64,000 bases of DNA from Macrostomum lignano (taxonomy: Eukaryota): positions 1 through 64,000 of the forward strand of contig NIVC01000591.1 of NCBI GenBank assembly GCA_002269645.1, written 5' to 3'. Shown one piece after another: positions 1 to 13,025 of this stretch. Numbering within the stretch: position 1 is the stretch's first letter; the number at the start of each line of letters is the position of its first letter. The notes beneath the pieces are model-generated. The model ran no database searches, was not told the DNA's origin, and saw only the letters and a list, made by a program, of their open reading frames with translations. Made by a program: the position numbers and the translations under genes.

Positions 1-3000
1 ACCAAGAAACCCGTCATTTTTCACTACCTCATGGAGGAAGGCAGGATAAATGTTGTCAGGTCCCGGTGACTTAAAAGGAGAGAAGGATTTAGCGGCGCGA
101 GCCGTCCTCTCTATAGAAATGATGATTGAAACCAGGATCTGTCCACCCGGAGAGTGGTCCGGTGGCCTAGCTGCGGTGCGGCACATGGGAAAGAGCTGGT
201 GAGCATGATGTCCAGCGATTCCTTGGGGTTCTCAGCGAGCCGGCCATTCGGTCTTTTAAAATGACTGAGAGCTTTGAACTTTTGTCAAGGGTGAGAGCCT
301 TAACCACGCGTGAAGTACGGCGGGTGCCTTCTAACTCCGCGCAGTATTGGCGTCAGAGCTTTCTGTTGGAGGCAATTTGCCTTGCGCCGGAGAGATCCAA
401 GTGCTGGGTGCCACCAAGGGCGGATTTTTTTCCTTTGTAGGCTTTAAGAGGACAGTAAGCCTCATGAGCTGTCAGAACGGTTTTGCTGAGCAAGTCAGCA
501 AGATCATCCACTTCCTGACAGGTGGTTGGAGCGGCGGTGGTCAGCTGATCAATCTGGCATTTAAGGGTTTGCGCGAAAGCCGTCCAGTCAGTCTTCCGAA
601 CGTTCCTTTTCCACAGGATGTTAGGTTTGGGGCAAGAGGATTGCATTCGAAAGCGAACAAAGCGATGGTCAGACAGAGACTCCTCTTCGTCCCACACCTC
701 CCAGTCCTTGACCAGAGGAGCCAGGTCGTGGGAGACGAGGGTCACGTCGAGGGCCTCCGTCCATCGTCCGTTGTCGAAGGTGGGAGTTCCACCTATATTG
801 CAAAACTCAGTATTGGTGGTGCAATGCTTCCTTTTGAGAAGACGCACGAGTCGGCGGCACCCGGAGAAGCGGCTCTCCGTTCTCGGCTACGCGGACGACC
901 TCGCGCTACTTTCATCGACGGCTGAAGGAGCCCAGCGGCTGCTTGATGGCCTGACGGCGGCAGCGTCGCGGGTCGGCCTTAAGCTGAACGCGCGGAAGAC
1001 GGTAGTGTTCACGGTGCCCTCCGACTTGCCGGCCGAGATCAATTACCGAGACGCTGCCGGGAATGCATTTATGCTTACCCGCTGCGAGCGCTTTGTGTAC
1101 CTCGGCGGTTCCGTGCCGGGCGTTGCCGACGACCTGAAGAGACGACGAGGACTGGCCTGGGCCGCATTTTGATCTGTGCGCTCCGTGCTCCAATCTGAGG
1201 CCCTGGACGACGGGCTCAAGGCTCGGCTGTTTCAGGCAGTCGTCGAGACTGTCCTGTTGTACAACGCCGAGACTTGGACCCTGACGGACGCCTTGGAGAG
1301 GCAGCTGGACGCTGCGCATGCGGCAATGCTGCGTGCGGCTTTCGGAGTGCGCAGCGGCCCAGGCAGCGAGACCAACTCTGCGCTCTACACTAGGGCGCGC
1401 CTGACGCGGCCTTCTGACCTGCTGCGCGGGCGGCGACTTCGACTGGCTGGCCACGTCATCCGGTCGGAGGCCCGCTGTCCTGAGCCGCTACACGACGTGC
1501 TGCTGCTCAAGCTGCAGGGACCGCGGAGGCGAGGCCAAGGGCGAACGGTGCGATACCCTGACCGACTTCTGAGTGACGCTGGCGCCCCGGACCAAGCAGG
1601 GGGATGCGACTTCCTGAGGGCAATGGCCCAGAGACGCGCTTTCTGACTGCTCCCCCCTTTCTGGCTACTGCGTGGCCGGCGGGAGCAGTACCTTGTTGTT
1701 GTTGTGGTGCAGATGTAAGCAAGGAGTTCCTCGCCTCTGCTGTTTGAGGCATTACTGCCCCAGGTGTGGTGCGCGTTAATGTCGCCCGCCACCAGCAGCT
1801 CGAACCTGCGGTCAGAGCAACAATCCACGAGGGAGGTGAGGTTAGGCGGAACCGCGGGACCGTCGCCAGGAATGTAAATCGAGGCGATAATGATCGTGTG
1901 GTAGGCGATGATGTGACTGGATTGAATGACACAGAGGTCTCTGACAGAGAGGTCCGGTCTGTGCCAAGCTTTGAGGTGGGTAGATACTATAATGGCTGCT
2001 CTGGGATTTTGGGGGTCCTGAAAACAGTCAAAACCAGCAGGAATATTTGGAATCTTACCTTTATTCACCCAGGGCTCCTGAAGTAGGATGATGCCCGGTT
2101 TTGCGAAGTTGGCCAACTGCATCAGGTTGGTCGAGGCCGCGATGCAGTGGTGCAGGTTCAGCTGCGGGATGTCCACTCCCGGAATTCCACGGGTGGTCCG
2201 TGCAGCTTCCTGCTTGCTCAGGGCGAGTTGTGCAGGAGAGCTGCCTCTTCCACCTCGCCGATAGCTCTAGGCTCCAGTTCCATGGGCTCCTCCTGGATAG
2301 TTTCCATGGTCGAGGGCGGGGCTGCCACAGGGGTGGCATTCGCACTCTCGGCCCGTTTTTCCGGGGGGGGGCGCAGTGGTGATACTGCTGGGGGTTGCTG
2401 CGGTTTTGAGCCTTGGCGGTGTCCAGCAGCTGTTTCGGCGCTGAGTCAGACCAGAGCGGATAGTGTTCCGGGTGGGTTTCCGGTCCTTTCCAAGTCCGTC
2501 TGTTGTTGCAGCTTTCGCGGCTTTTCTCTTAACGGGGTCCTCGGCCTTGGAGGGGTCGTGGCGCACAGGCTCCTTTTCCAGAGCGCTTTGGCCCGGCAGA
2601 GCTCCCGCTTGCCCGCATACGCTTCTCAGCGGGCGGTGGACGGGTGGTGTCAGATTCAAAACTAAAGATTTTGATCCGCATCAGCCCGGCAGAAATAAGG
2701 GAAATGTCCGGAGAGTGGAGCATCCAGCTATCTGACAGTCGGAGGATTGCCGTGAAACCGTCCCCGCCCGGCTTGGAGGTAGTTTCATGAACCACGACGC
2801 CATTTGCCGGCAGGTCCGGATTGGTTGCCAGCAGCAGGCGGCGCAGCTCGTCGGCGTTGGTGATGGCGCTGCGAGCGGGAATCCAGGCACGGTGCCGGTG
2901 TGTCCGGGCTCGCTCGTCCTCCCTGTATATCAACAGGTTTCCCAGCTCTGCACCCCAGTCGAAGGCTTTCAGCGTCTCAAGGAGCTGCTGCCCAGACTGG

Positions 3001-3090
3001 CTGTCGGCGGGCTGGATGTGGAGGGCCTGGTCCTTGACATTCGTCTTCAGGACTTGAATGATCTGGCTGCAGTGCGCTGTCGAATGCCGA
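1..3090 (-). mobile_element. Decayed non-LTR retrotransposon (LOA/R1-like, I group): ORF1 remnant plus APE endonuclease region of ORF2, interrupted by a second LINE; continues past the left edge
   Basis: Minus-strand ORF1-like segment ~3088-2529 (LLETLKAFDWGAELGNLLIYREDE...HRAWIPARSAITNADELRRLL). APE motifs from 2176: QLNLHH, ILLQEPW, IASIYIP, GDINAHHTWGSNASNSRGEELL. These resume below 816 as NIGGTPTF...LDVTL...LSDHRFVRF. Frameshifts below ~430. Confidence 0.85.
824..1703 (+). mobile_element. 5'-truncated RTE-like LINE (C-terminal half of RT), nested in the element above
   Basis: RT motifs GYADDLALL, VGLKLNARKT, FVYLGG, VLLYNAETWTLT. One nonsense TGA at 1170-1172. (TTG)n tail ~1693-1703. 8-bp TSD GTGGTGCA at 816-823 and 1704-1711. 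Confidence 0.88.
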
Positions 3091-3589
3091 ACTAATTTAT
3101 TACAGGTCTACTGTCCAAAGTGAACGTAGCTAATTTGCAATAGATATTTATGTGTTGAATTTATATCTTCAGATTTAGTTTCTTGTAAGAACTACTGATG
3201 GATAACTTCTTCTATTAACGCAGTTTTACGACAAGTGAGAAAGACAAGAGTGTAGACATAAGAGAAAAGACAAAATTACTGACGGCAAAACATAATTCGT
3301 GCACGAGACAAGTTTTCCGCATTTTCTCGACATATTTCTTAGAAAAAAGAAATGGGTCAAATTCCCATAAAAATTGAATTGACAAAACGAGCACCATGCA
3401 GGGTTGGTACCAGCAACTACTTCTATGTTGAAATTAAGTCAAATAAATCCAGTGACTTCGTGTAGATCTTACAGATTGTACTCTGACAACAGATTTGTCG
3501 CTGAAAAAATGCGACTAAGCTTCCAGAATTAAAGTGGTCACTTTTCATTGTCAAGGTTGGAAAAATAGGCTTTTTAATGGTATCCCGTC

Positions 3590-3775
3590 TGGGGCGCCAG
3601 GTGCGCACTGTGCATAGTCACACAGAGTGTACATCGGCCCATGACTTTCTAATCGTGTGGCATGTGCACTCTCTGAGCCTTGGGAGGGTTGGCCCTGATG
3701 GCTTTGAGTCGCGCTACAACCCCCGGACCCTCGAATTACTGTGGCCGCACATGGAATCGAACCATTGCTTAACCC
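3590..3775 (-). mobile_element. Divergent fragment related to the tRNA-derived SINE family at 4992, 13790 and 61162
   Basis: Minus strand has B-box-like GGTTCGATTCC, then GGGCCAACCCTCCCAAGG...GTGCACATGCC and TGTACACTC, blocks shared with the other copies. Confidence 0.45.
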
Positions 3776-4394
3776 TTGCATGTATATGAGGATTCGCCAG
3801 CAGCAGTCCAGTGCTTCCGATGGCTAATGTATAATATTTAATCATCTGCCAACGCAATTCATATTATTTTAGGATTCTTAGAAAGCACGAGTGAGCCCTA
3901 AAATACTCGTAGAAATAATCAAGCACTAGCTTGTGCTGTGTACTAAAAATAATGTACTTGAAGTTATTTTCCATAAATCCTCCTCAAAAGCTTTTGTCCA
4001 ATCATCAGATTGGAGTGTATATTGAGCCTTCAGGTGCTTCTCGGTCTAATGAGATTGCCCAATGAATGCATTCTATATTCAAGAGCCTTCTCGAGAGCAC
4101 TGGATTTGTCACTGGTCCACGAACCCCTGGTCGCAGGTGCAATTGCGTTAAAACAAGATAGCACTCAACTTCTGGTCGACTGGTTCTTTCAGATGTTTTC
4201 ATTGATTTTGCCTTGGCTTTTCGGCCGGAATATTTTACATGCAAATGTGCATATGTGCAGCTGCTGCAAGTTTTTAATAAAAATGTATGCAAGAATAAAA
4301 ATGTGCTGAAATTTTTAATATGGCTCGGAAATTCTAATTTAGGTTTGCAGAAACATCGAGAAAATTTGATAAATTCGCTTGACGGACGGCCTAA

Positions 4395-4790
4395 GTGACG
4401 GGGCGCCCACCAAGGAGACAGGGGCGCCCACAAAGGAGTCAGGACGTCTACCAAGGAGACAGGGAGTCTGCCAAGGAGACAGGGAGTCTGCCAAGGAGAC
4501 AGGGGCGTCTACCAAGGAGACGGAGGCGTCTACCAAGGAGACAGAGGCGTCTACGAAGGAGACAGAGGCGTGTACCAAGGAGACAGGGGCGCCCACCAAG
4601 GAGACAGGGGCGTCTACCAAGGAGACGGGCGTCTTCAAGGAGACGGGCGTCTTCAAGGAGACGGGGCGTCTACCAAGGAGACAGGGCGTCTACCAAGAAG
4701 ACAGGGGCGTCTATCAAGGAGACAGTGGTGTCTACCAAAGAGACAGGGGCGTCTACCAAAGAGACGGGCACCCACCTAAAGGATAGGAGC
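4395..4790. repeat. Minisatellite, 21-bp unit ACCAAGGAGACAGGGGCGTCT
   Basis: About 18 imperfect tandem copies; source of several spurious ORFs. Confidence 0.95.
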
Positions 4791-4991
4791 GCTAACCAGG
4801 ACACCAAATATTGGCGCTCTTTAGGTGGCAGCCCCGCCAACAACTAGAATTCCTGCGTACTTCACTTGACGGACTTGCACATCTGTTGAACTAATGTCCG
4901 ATGTTGTTCTGATTCAGAGAGGACTTTAAAATGTTGCATTGTTTTCACAGGCAAGATTTATTACTGAAACACAACCTCAAGTATAGCTCGA

Positions 4992-5390
4992 CCGTAGCCC
5001 AGTGGTATAGTGCGGCGCTCTATTGTGCCAGCGGCCCAGGCTCGACTCCAAGTGCAGTCGCATTCATTTGGGTCTACATGTAAATTGAAATCTCGGCTTG
5101 GCTCTGCTCGTGCAATCAACGCCCTTGAAGACCAACCTCTCAGGCACAGTGAAGTGTATCTGATACATGCCTAACAATAAAGTTAGGGCTGCTGTACACT
5201 CCTATGTGTGTGTGCCTCTGCGCATGACTGCGTACACATCGTTGCACTTGTGTGCCTGCTCAGTGGAGTCGGTGGAATGGACAGAATGCCTCCAGCCGGT
5301 TGTGATACAATCCCGTTTAAAGTTCGCCAGGGTGCACACAGCCTACCAGAATTGCTATTGTACCGAACAGTCAACAAAAAGACACTGAAA
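4992..5390 (+). mobile_element. tRNA-derived SINE, family A
   Basis: A-box GTAGCCCAGTGG at the 5' end and B-box-like GGCTCGACTCC. Body colinear with 13790-14165 (-) and 61162-61425 (+). Confidence 0.8.
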
Positions 5391-8300
5391 CGAACGCTAA
5401 ACCTTACAATCAAAAGCAATTCAGGATCTCGGGAATAGTCTTAGATCCATCCCCATGCATGCGATAACCACCTGTCTTTCAAGCTGATCAGGTTTGCACT
5501 GAGCATTCTACTGTATTTACTACTACCAGTAGCCAAAAATCACGAAAAATCAGAAAATCAGAATCAGAAAATTCACGCCACTTTCACCGGTAAGATCGGT
5601 AAGATCAAAAAATCGGTAAGATCTTGAACGCTCTATAATCTAACGTAGCAGTAGTCATGTTGCAATCGCGAATACAGTTAATTATCGTTTGGGTTCACTA
5701 ACACTACAACAAACCCCAATAAGCAACTCTCAACCTAAAACTACGCGCATATTTAGCGCGTTCAGATTCACTCAGGCGACTTGGTATTTGCATGTCATAG
5801 GCGCACTATGTAGGGGAATTGATGGGTTTGGCCTTTCAGAGTGCAGAAAATTATCACTGAGCGCGATCTGACCTTCTCCGAAGTCCGCCGAAGCATCTGT
5901 CCGATGGTCAGCCGCCGTCGAAGGTGTGACAACTAGCAGCTAGGTTATATGGCTATAAGAAGACAGTTAGAGACAAGAAGGAAAAGTTTTATAGGTAGGG
6001 GATGGGGATCAGCTAATCCTGAGATTAGTCTGACCCATAGCTACCAATCCGTGAGAACTGGCTCACCAAACCAGCTTCTTCAAAAACTGGTTTCCGACTA
6101 GAAGGGGGCACTGAACTTACCTCACTGGACTTACCTCCGCTGGGAATGGATCGCATTGACCATGCAGGGACAGGGAGGAATTTTGCAGGGGCTCTCTTGC
6201 ACTGGCGAGTTTCTATACAACGCTGAATGCACTATGAGATGATTGAACTCCCAGAAAGTACACGTACATGTTCGAGTTATGTTGTACATTTTCAAGATTT
6301 TGGTTTTAAATGGTCAGCGATGGTCGACAAATAGCGCTAATGGAGAACTACATTTATCAGAGCCTTCAAGAGACTTCTAATCAAATCACCCTAGCGCTGT
6401 TATTCATTCTGCCCCTTGGCTGCTTATGACTGCACAAATCATGGACACGCCTCGCAAATATTGAATTTTTACATAATTTCCTATATTGCTTTTGGTTCAC
6501 AGTGACTTTCACCAAAATAAATTAGCCAATCGTCTTGGCTATGTGAAAAGAAAGAAAGCCCACTAATGTCACACTCAGTTCAGACTGAGTTCGAGCGAAT
6601 AGATGCATATAGCTCGTAATTGTTCTATTGGATTCCAGCCTCTCGAATTCAGCTCATGAAGCGAATTGGTAAGCTACAAATTCTACGAGCTGTATAGCAA
6701 ACTATTGAAGAAGTGGTGCAGTACTAAAGGTTTCCGACCGGTAAAACAGGTCTAGAAGAGCTCTCACAAAAGCGACAAAAATACTCTGTCAGTCGCCGAC
6801 CGAATCCGGTGCGCCAGCGTCAGTCAGTCGGCCAGTCGATGAACCGCCGAGTGCTCGCTTGTCCTTGCCGGTAGGGCAGCCTGTGGCGTCAGCAGCAGCA
6901 CCTCCTGCGGGTGGCACGAGACCAGCGTCCACGTCACGCCCCTGGACACCCCGCCAATGTGGCAGGAGCTCCGTGCGTCCCTGCCATCGACGGGAGACGA
7001 ATTGGTCTCGCCTCCGGGTATGCAGCCTGGGGAGCTGTCCCCCACCGTTGGGTTGGCGGTGGATGGCGGTTTTTACAGCGTAAGTTGGTCTGGGGAGGAG
7101 CCCTGCGCACCGTGACTCGGGTCCCCACGCTCTCTGGCCACCCGCCGCAGGCCGAAAATTGGATTCCGCCGTCTACTGCCCGCCCGCGCAGAGTCAGCGC
7201 CCCGGCTGCATGGTGCTACGCACCCGGTCGCATTAGCTACGTCTAGCTACAATTTCCGTGACCCGAAGAAGAAAAAGAAGAAGAAGCACCTCCGTCCTGC
7301 ACTGGCTGTGGGCAGCACGACTCGGCGCGGATGATGTGACCTGCCAGCTGGAGTCGCCGATGTGGCAAGAGTTCGCTTGGATGAATTCAAGCAACAATCT
7401 AATCTAGTCTCGACCACCATCTAGAACAGCCTCGTAGAGCCTCGAACTGCAATACCGTCGTTACAGAACAAAAAGCACTCCAGGCAAAACCACGGCAACG
7501 CCGCAGACTCTTGCGGACATCGGGAACCAGTCACTCAGATAATAAGAGAGTCAAAAGCTCTTAGACTGCAGGAGATCTACAAGTGACCGGCCGCATCAAT
7601 CAGATTGGCGTCTCACAGTGACCGCCGTGCTTCACGGAGATTTCCAGAGATCAAATTTTATACCAACGCTGAATTTCTAACTACCCAACTCTATTTTTAA
7701 TTGGCTGAACTAAGGACTTAAAACGCTCTCAGAGAACTGGACAGGTGCGATAATAAATGGTATAAAAATTGGGGGAAACGCAGCTAAAAGTGACTTTTCC
7801 AGACACCTTTGCGCCGAAAGTGACAGGCCATAAATCATAGGAGATTTGCAGTAAGTAACTGAATTTAAAAGAGACAAATCAATAGGAGCCCACTCTAGAC
7901 GTAAACAGCTCAATAAAAATTAACATTATTACGAGCTATCATGACCTACAAAGTAGCACTACATGCAAGTCTAAGAATAAAAAAGGAGAAAACCTAACCT
8001 AGCCTACTAGAAGTAATATGCTACTATGAAAAGCAAGCCACACATGTATATCGATAATACATGTATAAGGAACTGTGATGCCTTGCTTTTCATTTAACTC
8101 TTAGATGCATTGAAATAGGATGCTATTAATTCAGGGAGACTGACTGGAGACTGGATTCAGGACTTAAACAGATTGACTTTTTTATGAAAAGATTACATTA
8201 TTCGCGCGAAAAAAAGGTGCTTGCTTCAACCTTAAGCAATGAATGCGATTGACTGAAAATCACACAATTACATTGACATCTACTGTGTGTACATGCACTG

Positions 8301-11300
8301 TGTGTGCACATGTACTGTGCGTAGATGTACAAGTTAAAAGTATGTCGTGACCGCTTATTACAATGTTTTCGGGCTTTCAGTTTTGCTCAATTTATTCTTG
8401 CTTTCGTGTAGAATAGACTACAGCAGCGTGGTCACATAGTGCCAGGCTGTTAATTGGCGCATCATGTGCGTTTCCCATCCGAGTGGCTTCCTGAGAGCGC
8501 GCGGTCGCTGTGAAGCGCCGTCCGTTGTCCTGTGGTCGCAGGTGCAATTTTAATTTTCAACGCCGCAGACTCACCACGCAGCTTGCAGTCGATCTTTCCA
8601 GAAATTCTTTACCTATAGGTCTTTTTGTCTTTTCTTTGAAAAACCAGAAAGGTCGGGGATGCTCGATAGTCTCATTTTCATTCCGAAATTAAAAGCAGCA
8701 AGCTTCTTTTAAAGGTGCCTTACAATTAACGGTACTAAAAATCTATCACAAAGACTTATCTGAGATTCGATCGATTCGTCACCAACCCGGGGGACCTTGG
8801 ACACGAGGGAAATTAGGCTCTGGTTCCAGTCCAAATAGAGTGCTTAAATTCAATTCTTCTGTCTTTTAGTAGATTTGTTTTAATCTGACTGCAAGTGGAT
8901 AAAGCGGGCTTAAATTTTTAATGAAAACTGAATTTTTAATGCTGCTATTTTTTATGTTCCAAATAATTTATCCAACGACTAGCAAAACAGTCTCAAGAGG
9001 TAAAGAAAAATAAATTGCGTGACTTTAATAATTAAAGTTAATTTCACTAGACATAGTCAGAGCACGAAGGAAGGCAGACGACGCGAAGGCCCGCATGGTT
9101 GAGCGAGGCGCGTAAGTGAACAAAAAGTCCCGTAAGCTTGGCGCAGTTAAAACAAATATATTTCGACGCTAACGAGTAAAAAATTTGCGATTGAAAAAAT
9201 CAAGACAAAAAGAGTAGCAATAATGAAAAAGAATAAGGGCCACCACACCAACAGACAGGCGAGCCAAGTCAACGAGAAGGCTTTAAGACCGGAGCGAGGA
9301 GGTGGGTGCGCGGTAGAGAGAGAGCAAGTACACAAGGCGTGTACAAAGTACGACGCCGCTTGGCAAGACAGAAGTCGCCCGCCCTGCGCTAAATAAACCA
9401 ACCGAGCTAACCTACCTGTACAACAATCCGACATCGGAGACCTCTGGCCGACGTTCCAGACGTTTATTTGCGTCGAGGACAAAGATTTGCTTTGAAATTA
9501 AATCTACGGATAACGAATGCATGGTTGATTAAAGTGCAAACAAAGTACCGGTTTAAAAAGACTCGTTGCCCCAGCGCATACCAGTGTCAGCCCTTTTCAA
9601 AGCGGTTCACCTGCACAAGACCGAAGCCCGCGTCAAACAGCTCGCCTACCTGTATCGAGTAGCGTAGGTAATTCATCAGATCAGTCGTATCTGCAGCTTC
9701 ATATTTGTTAGTCATTCGCGTCATCTGTCTGTAATTGTCTATCATATGCTCTGCTGATTCGCCTCACCAGAACCAATATTAGCCAGCACTTTCCCCTGCT
9801 CAAAGCCGTCAAGGAAATCACAAATCAAAAGATCATTGCGCCGGCCAGAGCACTTGATCTGTTGTTCATTGTTGAGCCGCACTCAGGGACACCAATCTAT
9901 CAAGCAGCTTCATACCATTATCTTCCCCCAGGTTTAATCCGACATAATCGCACACATCAGGATGAAAGCAACTGGGGCCAGCAGGCTTGGCACTGTAGCC
10001 GCGTTTAACAGTTCTCGTGGTTGGACACTCGCATTGCAGATCACCGACCTCCCTCTTAAGTTGAGCGGCTTTCCTGCGTAGCTTCAGCAGTCTGATCACC
10101 GCGTCTCCGCCTTTGCGTTGTTCTCGTCCGTGCCTGCCGCGTTTATCGTATATCACGCGACACGCACGGTTCGTGTAATATTTTTGGAGGCTGCATTTCC
10201 ATTAGCGTTTAATATAGCAAGCATTGAAATAATATTATCATTAAATGCAGATCTTTTTTCAGAAGGTTTTTGTATCTATTCCACAATATATATATATATA
10301 TATATAAGCTAGACTATATATATAAGTCTAGCTTAGTCTGGAGACTGTGCTCCTGAGCCGCCTCCGCGCTGATATTGTCGTCTGCATCGTCTTCTTGAGC
10401 AGCTTGTTCCTAATGCTCCCAAGGACTACTTAAGTACGTTACTTTATATATATATAAATACGTTACTTTAGTCGTCCTTGAATGCTCCATGTTCTGCAGC
10501 AGCGAATCCGCAGCTGCTTGCGTTAGCGCGGGCACGCAAGGCTTGCGGAGACACCATGCTAAGGTGAATGAGTTTCTCGCGGTAACGCCTCTTGGCGAGA
10601 CAGTAGCCCACCAAACTTTCGGGGGGGATCACGTGACCTTGGCATTGCCCACCATCACTCGTATCAACGCACCGGCTCCATGCCCCACGGTTTCAACACC
10701 AACCAAGCTAAACCCGGTCGGACTAAATAGAAAATATTAACACATGAATTCAATTTTCATCGACGTCACTGCGAACATCAAAATACTTTTGAATTATCGT
10801 TTTTACTCGTGTTTACCTAAAGTGTATAAAGCTTCTTGTAGCATGGACATACGATAAACAAAAAAGCTTAGTTTAACTATCTCATCTTAGTATCTTGGTA
10901 GCTTTCTGAAGGGTTGGGAATGGAAACTTGAGGTTGACGATCCTAGCCAGTTACCCAGCTCAGATGAGAGTCAGGTGGGACTTGGGAGAGAACAAAAAGT
11001 AATTGAAACACACTCCCATGCGCAAAAAAGTATCGGGTAGAGTAAATAGGGGTAATTACAATAATACACAACACCAAGTTTTCATATACGAGTACTTTAG
11101 AAATATAGAGTCAATTTCAAGAGAAAATTCGATTTTTTACCCGCAAAAGCTAGCTCTAGGCTTATGAAACCAATCTGTGCTTCGAACAGAAAGCTGCTCA
11201 TCATTAAAATATACTGGACCAATTTTTTTAGCACAACAAAACAGAAAAATATAGGGAGTAGTAGCTAAAGTGTATCACAGGGCACTAATAATTGAGTGTC

Positions 11301-11728
11301 TGGTTAAGCCTGTTTAAGACAACAGATTGGTAAAAACGTGTCAAGGGACGGACAATTAAGAACAAAGCATAAAATGTTCTTCTGAATTAAAAATTTGAAT
11401 TTACATAAAATTAACAAAAATAAAAACTCACACACAGAACAATCTAGACGCAGATTAATAAGTAAGGATCAGTATGATGTATACAACGTACAAGCTTAGG
11501 CTAATCTGGTGTGCACTGAACTATAGTTTTCAAATTGATATTGAAGAAAACACAAGAACAATGGTGCAAAACGACACCCAACTGAAAAAATGAAACAAAC
11601 GCACGTAAAGTTTCTTATTTGTAGTTTAGGAATTCAATTTTTGAGTTGAATATCATCTCTCACAGTTCCCAAGCATCTTGCTCCAATCACGCGACAGGTT
11701 TCAGGCGGCTTCAGTTCCGCTGGTTTGG

Positions 11729-13025
11729 TTATTTTTTCTTATTAGCTGTTGCCACCTCCATCTCCATCCTGCTTGTCAGATTCACCGCTCCAGCGCTGGT
11801 CTGAGGGCTGAACCGCCTGCCACAGATGAGGCGCAGCAGCCGCTCGCAGACTGCGCGATATCCGGTGCGGAACTCCTTGTTGCTGAGACCGTAGACGATG
11901 AAGTTGACGCTAGAGTTGGTGTGGGCAAATAAGATCGCATAGGCGTGCACGTGGATCGGGAAGCTGTCGTCCCAGTCCAGAGCTACGATGGTCGCGTACG
12001 GAGCCCAGCAGAAGGCGAGCACGGCGAACACGATGAACAGAGTGCGGGCCAGGCGGATCGAGGCCACGCTGCCGCCGGGTCGGACGCTGTTCGAAGCTCC
12101 GCCCTGCGCATCTCTGGCATTTCCCAGCTGCAGATGGCGCACCCGAGCCATCGCCTGCCTGACGTGCACGAAGATGCGAAAATAGCAGATGAGGATCACA
12201 ATGCTGGGCGCAACTACAGCGCAGCACGAGAAGAAGATCGTGTAGGACCTGTCAGCCATGCGGTTCCACACGCAGGCAAAGTTCTTCCTGTCGTAGGCGA
12301 AGTCGCCCCAGCCCACAAAGTTGGGAAACTGCAGCAGCCAGCTCACAATCCACAGGCCGACGCAGAGCGCTACGCAGCTGCGCCGGTTGAAGAATCTGTT
12401 GTAGCTGGCGTTGTTGCAGATAAAGACGCAGCGGTTGACGGCTACAGCGGTAATGCTGAGCAGCGAGCAGTAGCAGGAGGTGAGGCAGGTCGACGCCACG
12501 AACTCGCACAGAGCAACTCGCTGCTCGAAGTAGATCTCGCCGTGCATTACGCCTGGAATTGCGTTTTTGATTTGGATAGTCTGTGTAGTTGAAGTCAACG
12601 TCTGTGAAGGCAGTCAGTGCAGTGACTTTACCAGTGATAGCGAACGGGTCAACGAATATCGTAATGCACAGATCGGCAATGGCCAAGTTCACGACGAACA
12701 AGTTGCCCACGTGGCGCAGCGTCTGGACATTCAAGACGTAGTTCGTTAGTTATTTACGGATTTGTAAATAATACTGAAAGAAAATTTTACCTTTTGCAGA
12801 AAGATGGCACCGATGACCATGAGGTTTCCCATTGTTCCAACGGTAGCGCCGAACGTCAGAAGAATCAGCCCGGGATAGGTCACCTCTGCAGTGGGTATTT
12901 AGTTGTGGTGGTTATTGTAAAATTAACTTTCTGAAAGCATGTTCTGTATGTTGCTTACCTGGTATTACGTGCAATAGACTTTGCAAAGTATAGTTAAACT
13001 TAGGTGCCAGTCCTGCTATATCCAT
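11729..13025 (-). CDS. Melatonin-receptor-like class A GPCR, ~358 aa, 4 exons
   Basis: Exons 13025-12959, 12885-12791, 12722-12632, 12552-11729. GT-AG introns of 73, 68 and 79 nt with consistent phases. Motifs: N-terminal NYT sequon, TM1 GN, TM2 NLAIAD, TM3 AVNRC, TM4 W, ECL2 YDRKNFAC, TM6 FCWAP, TM7 NSSVNFIVYGLSNKEFR, close to the melatonin receptor pattern. Confidence 0.88.

Noticed and set aside
9147-10740. Several GC-richer short ORFs
   Set aside because: No recognisable motif, and I could not build a consistent exon chain or element boundaries.
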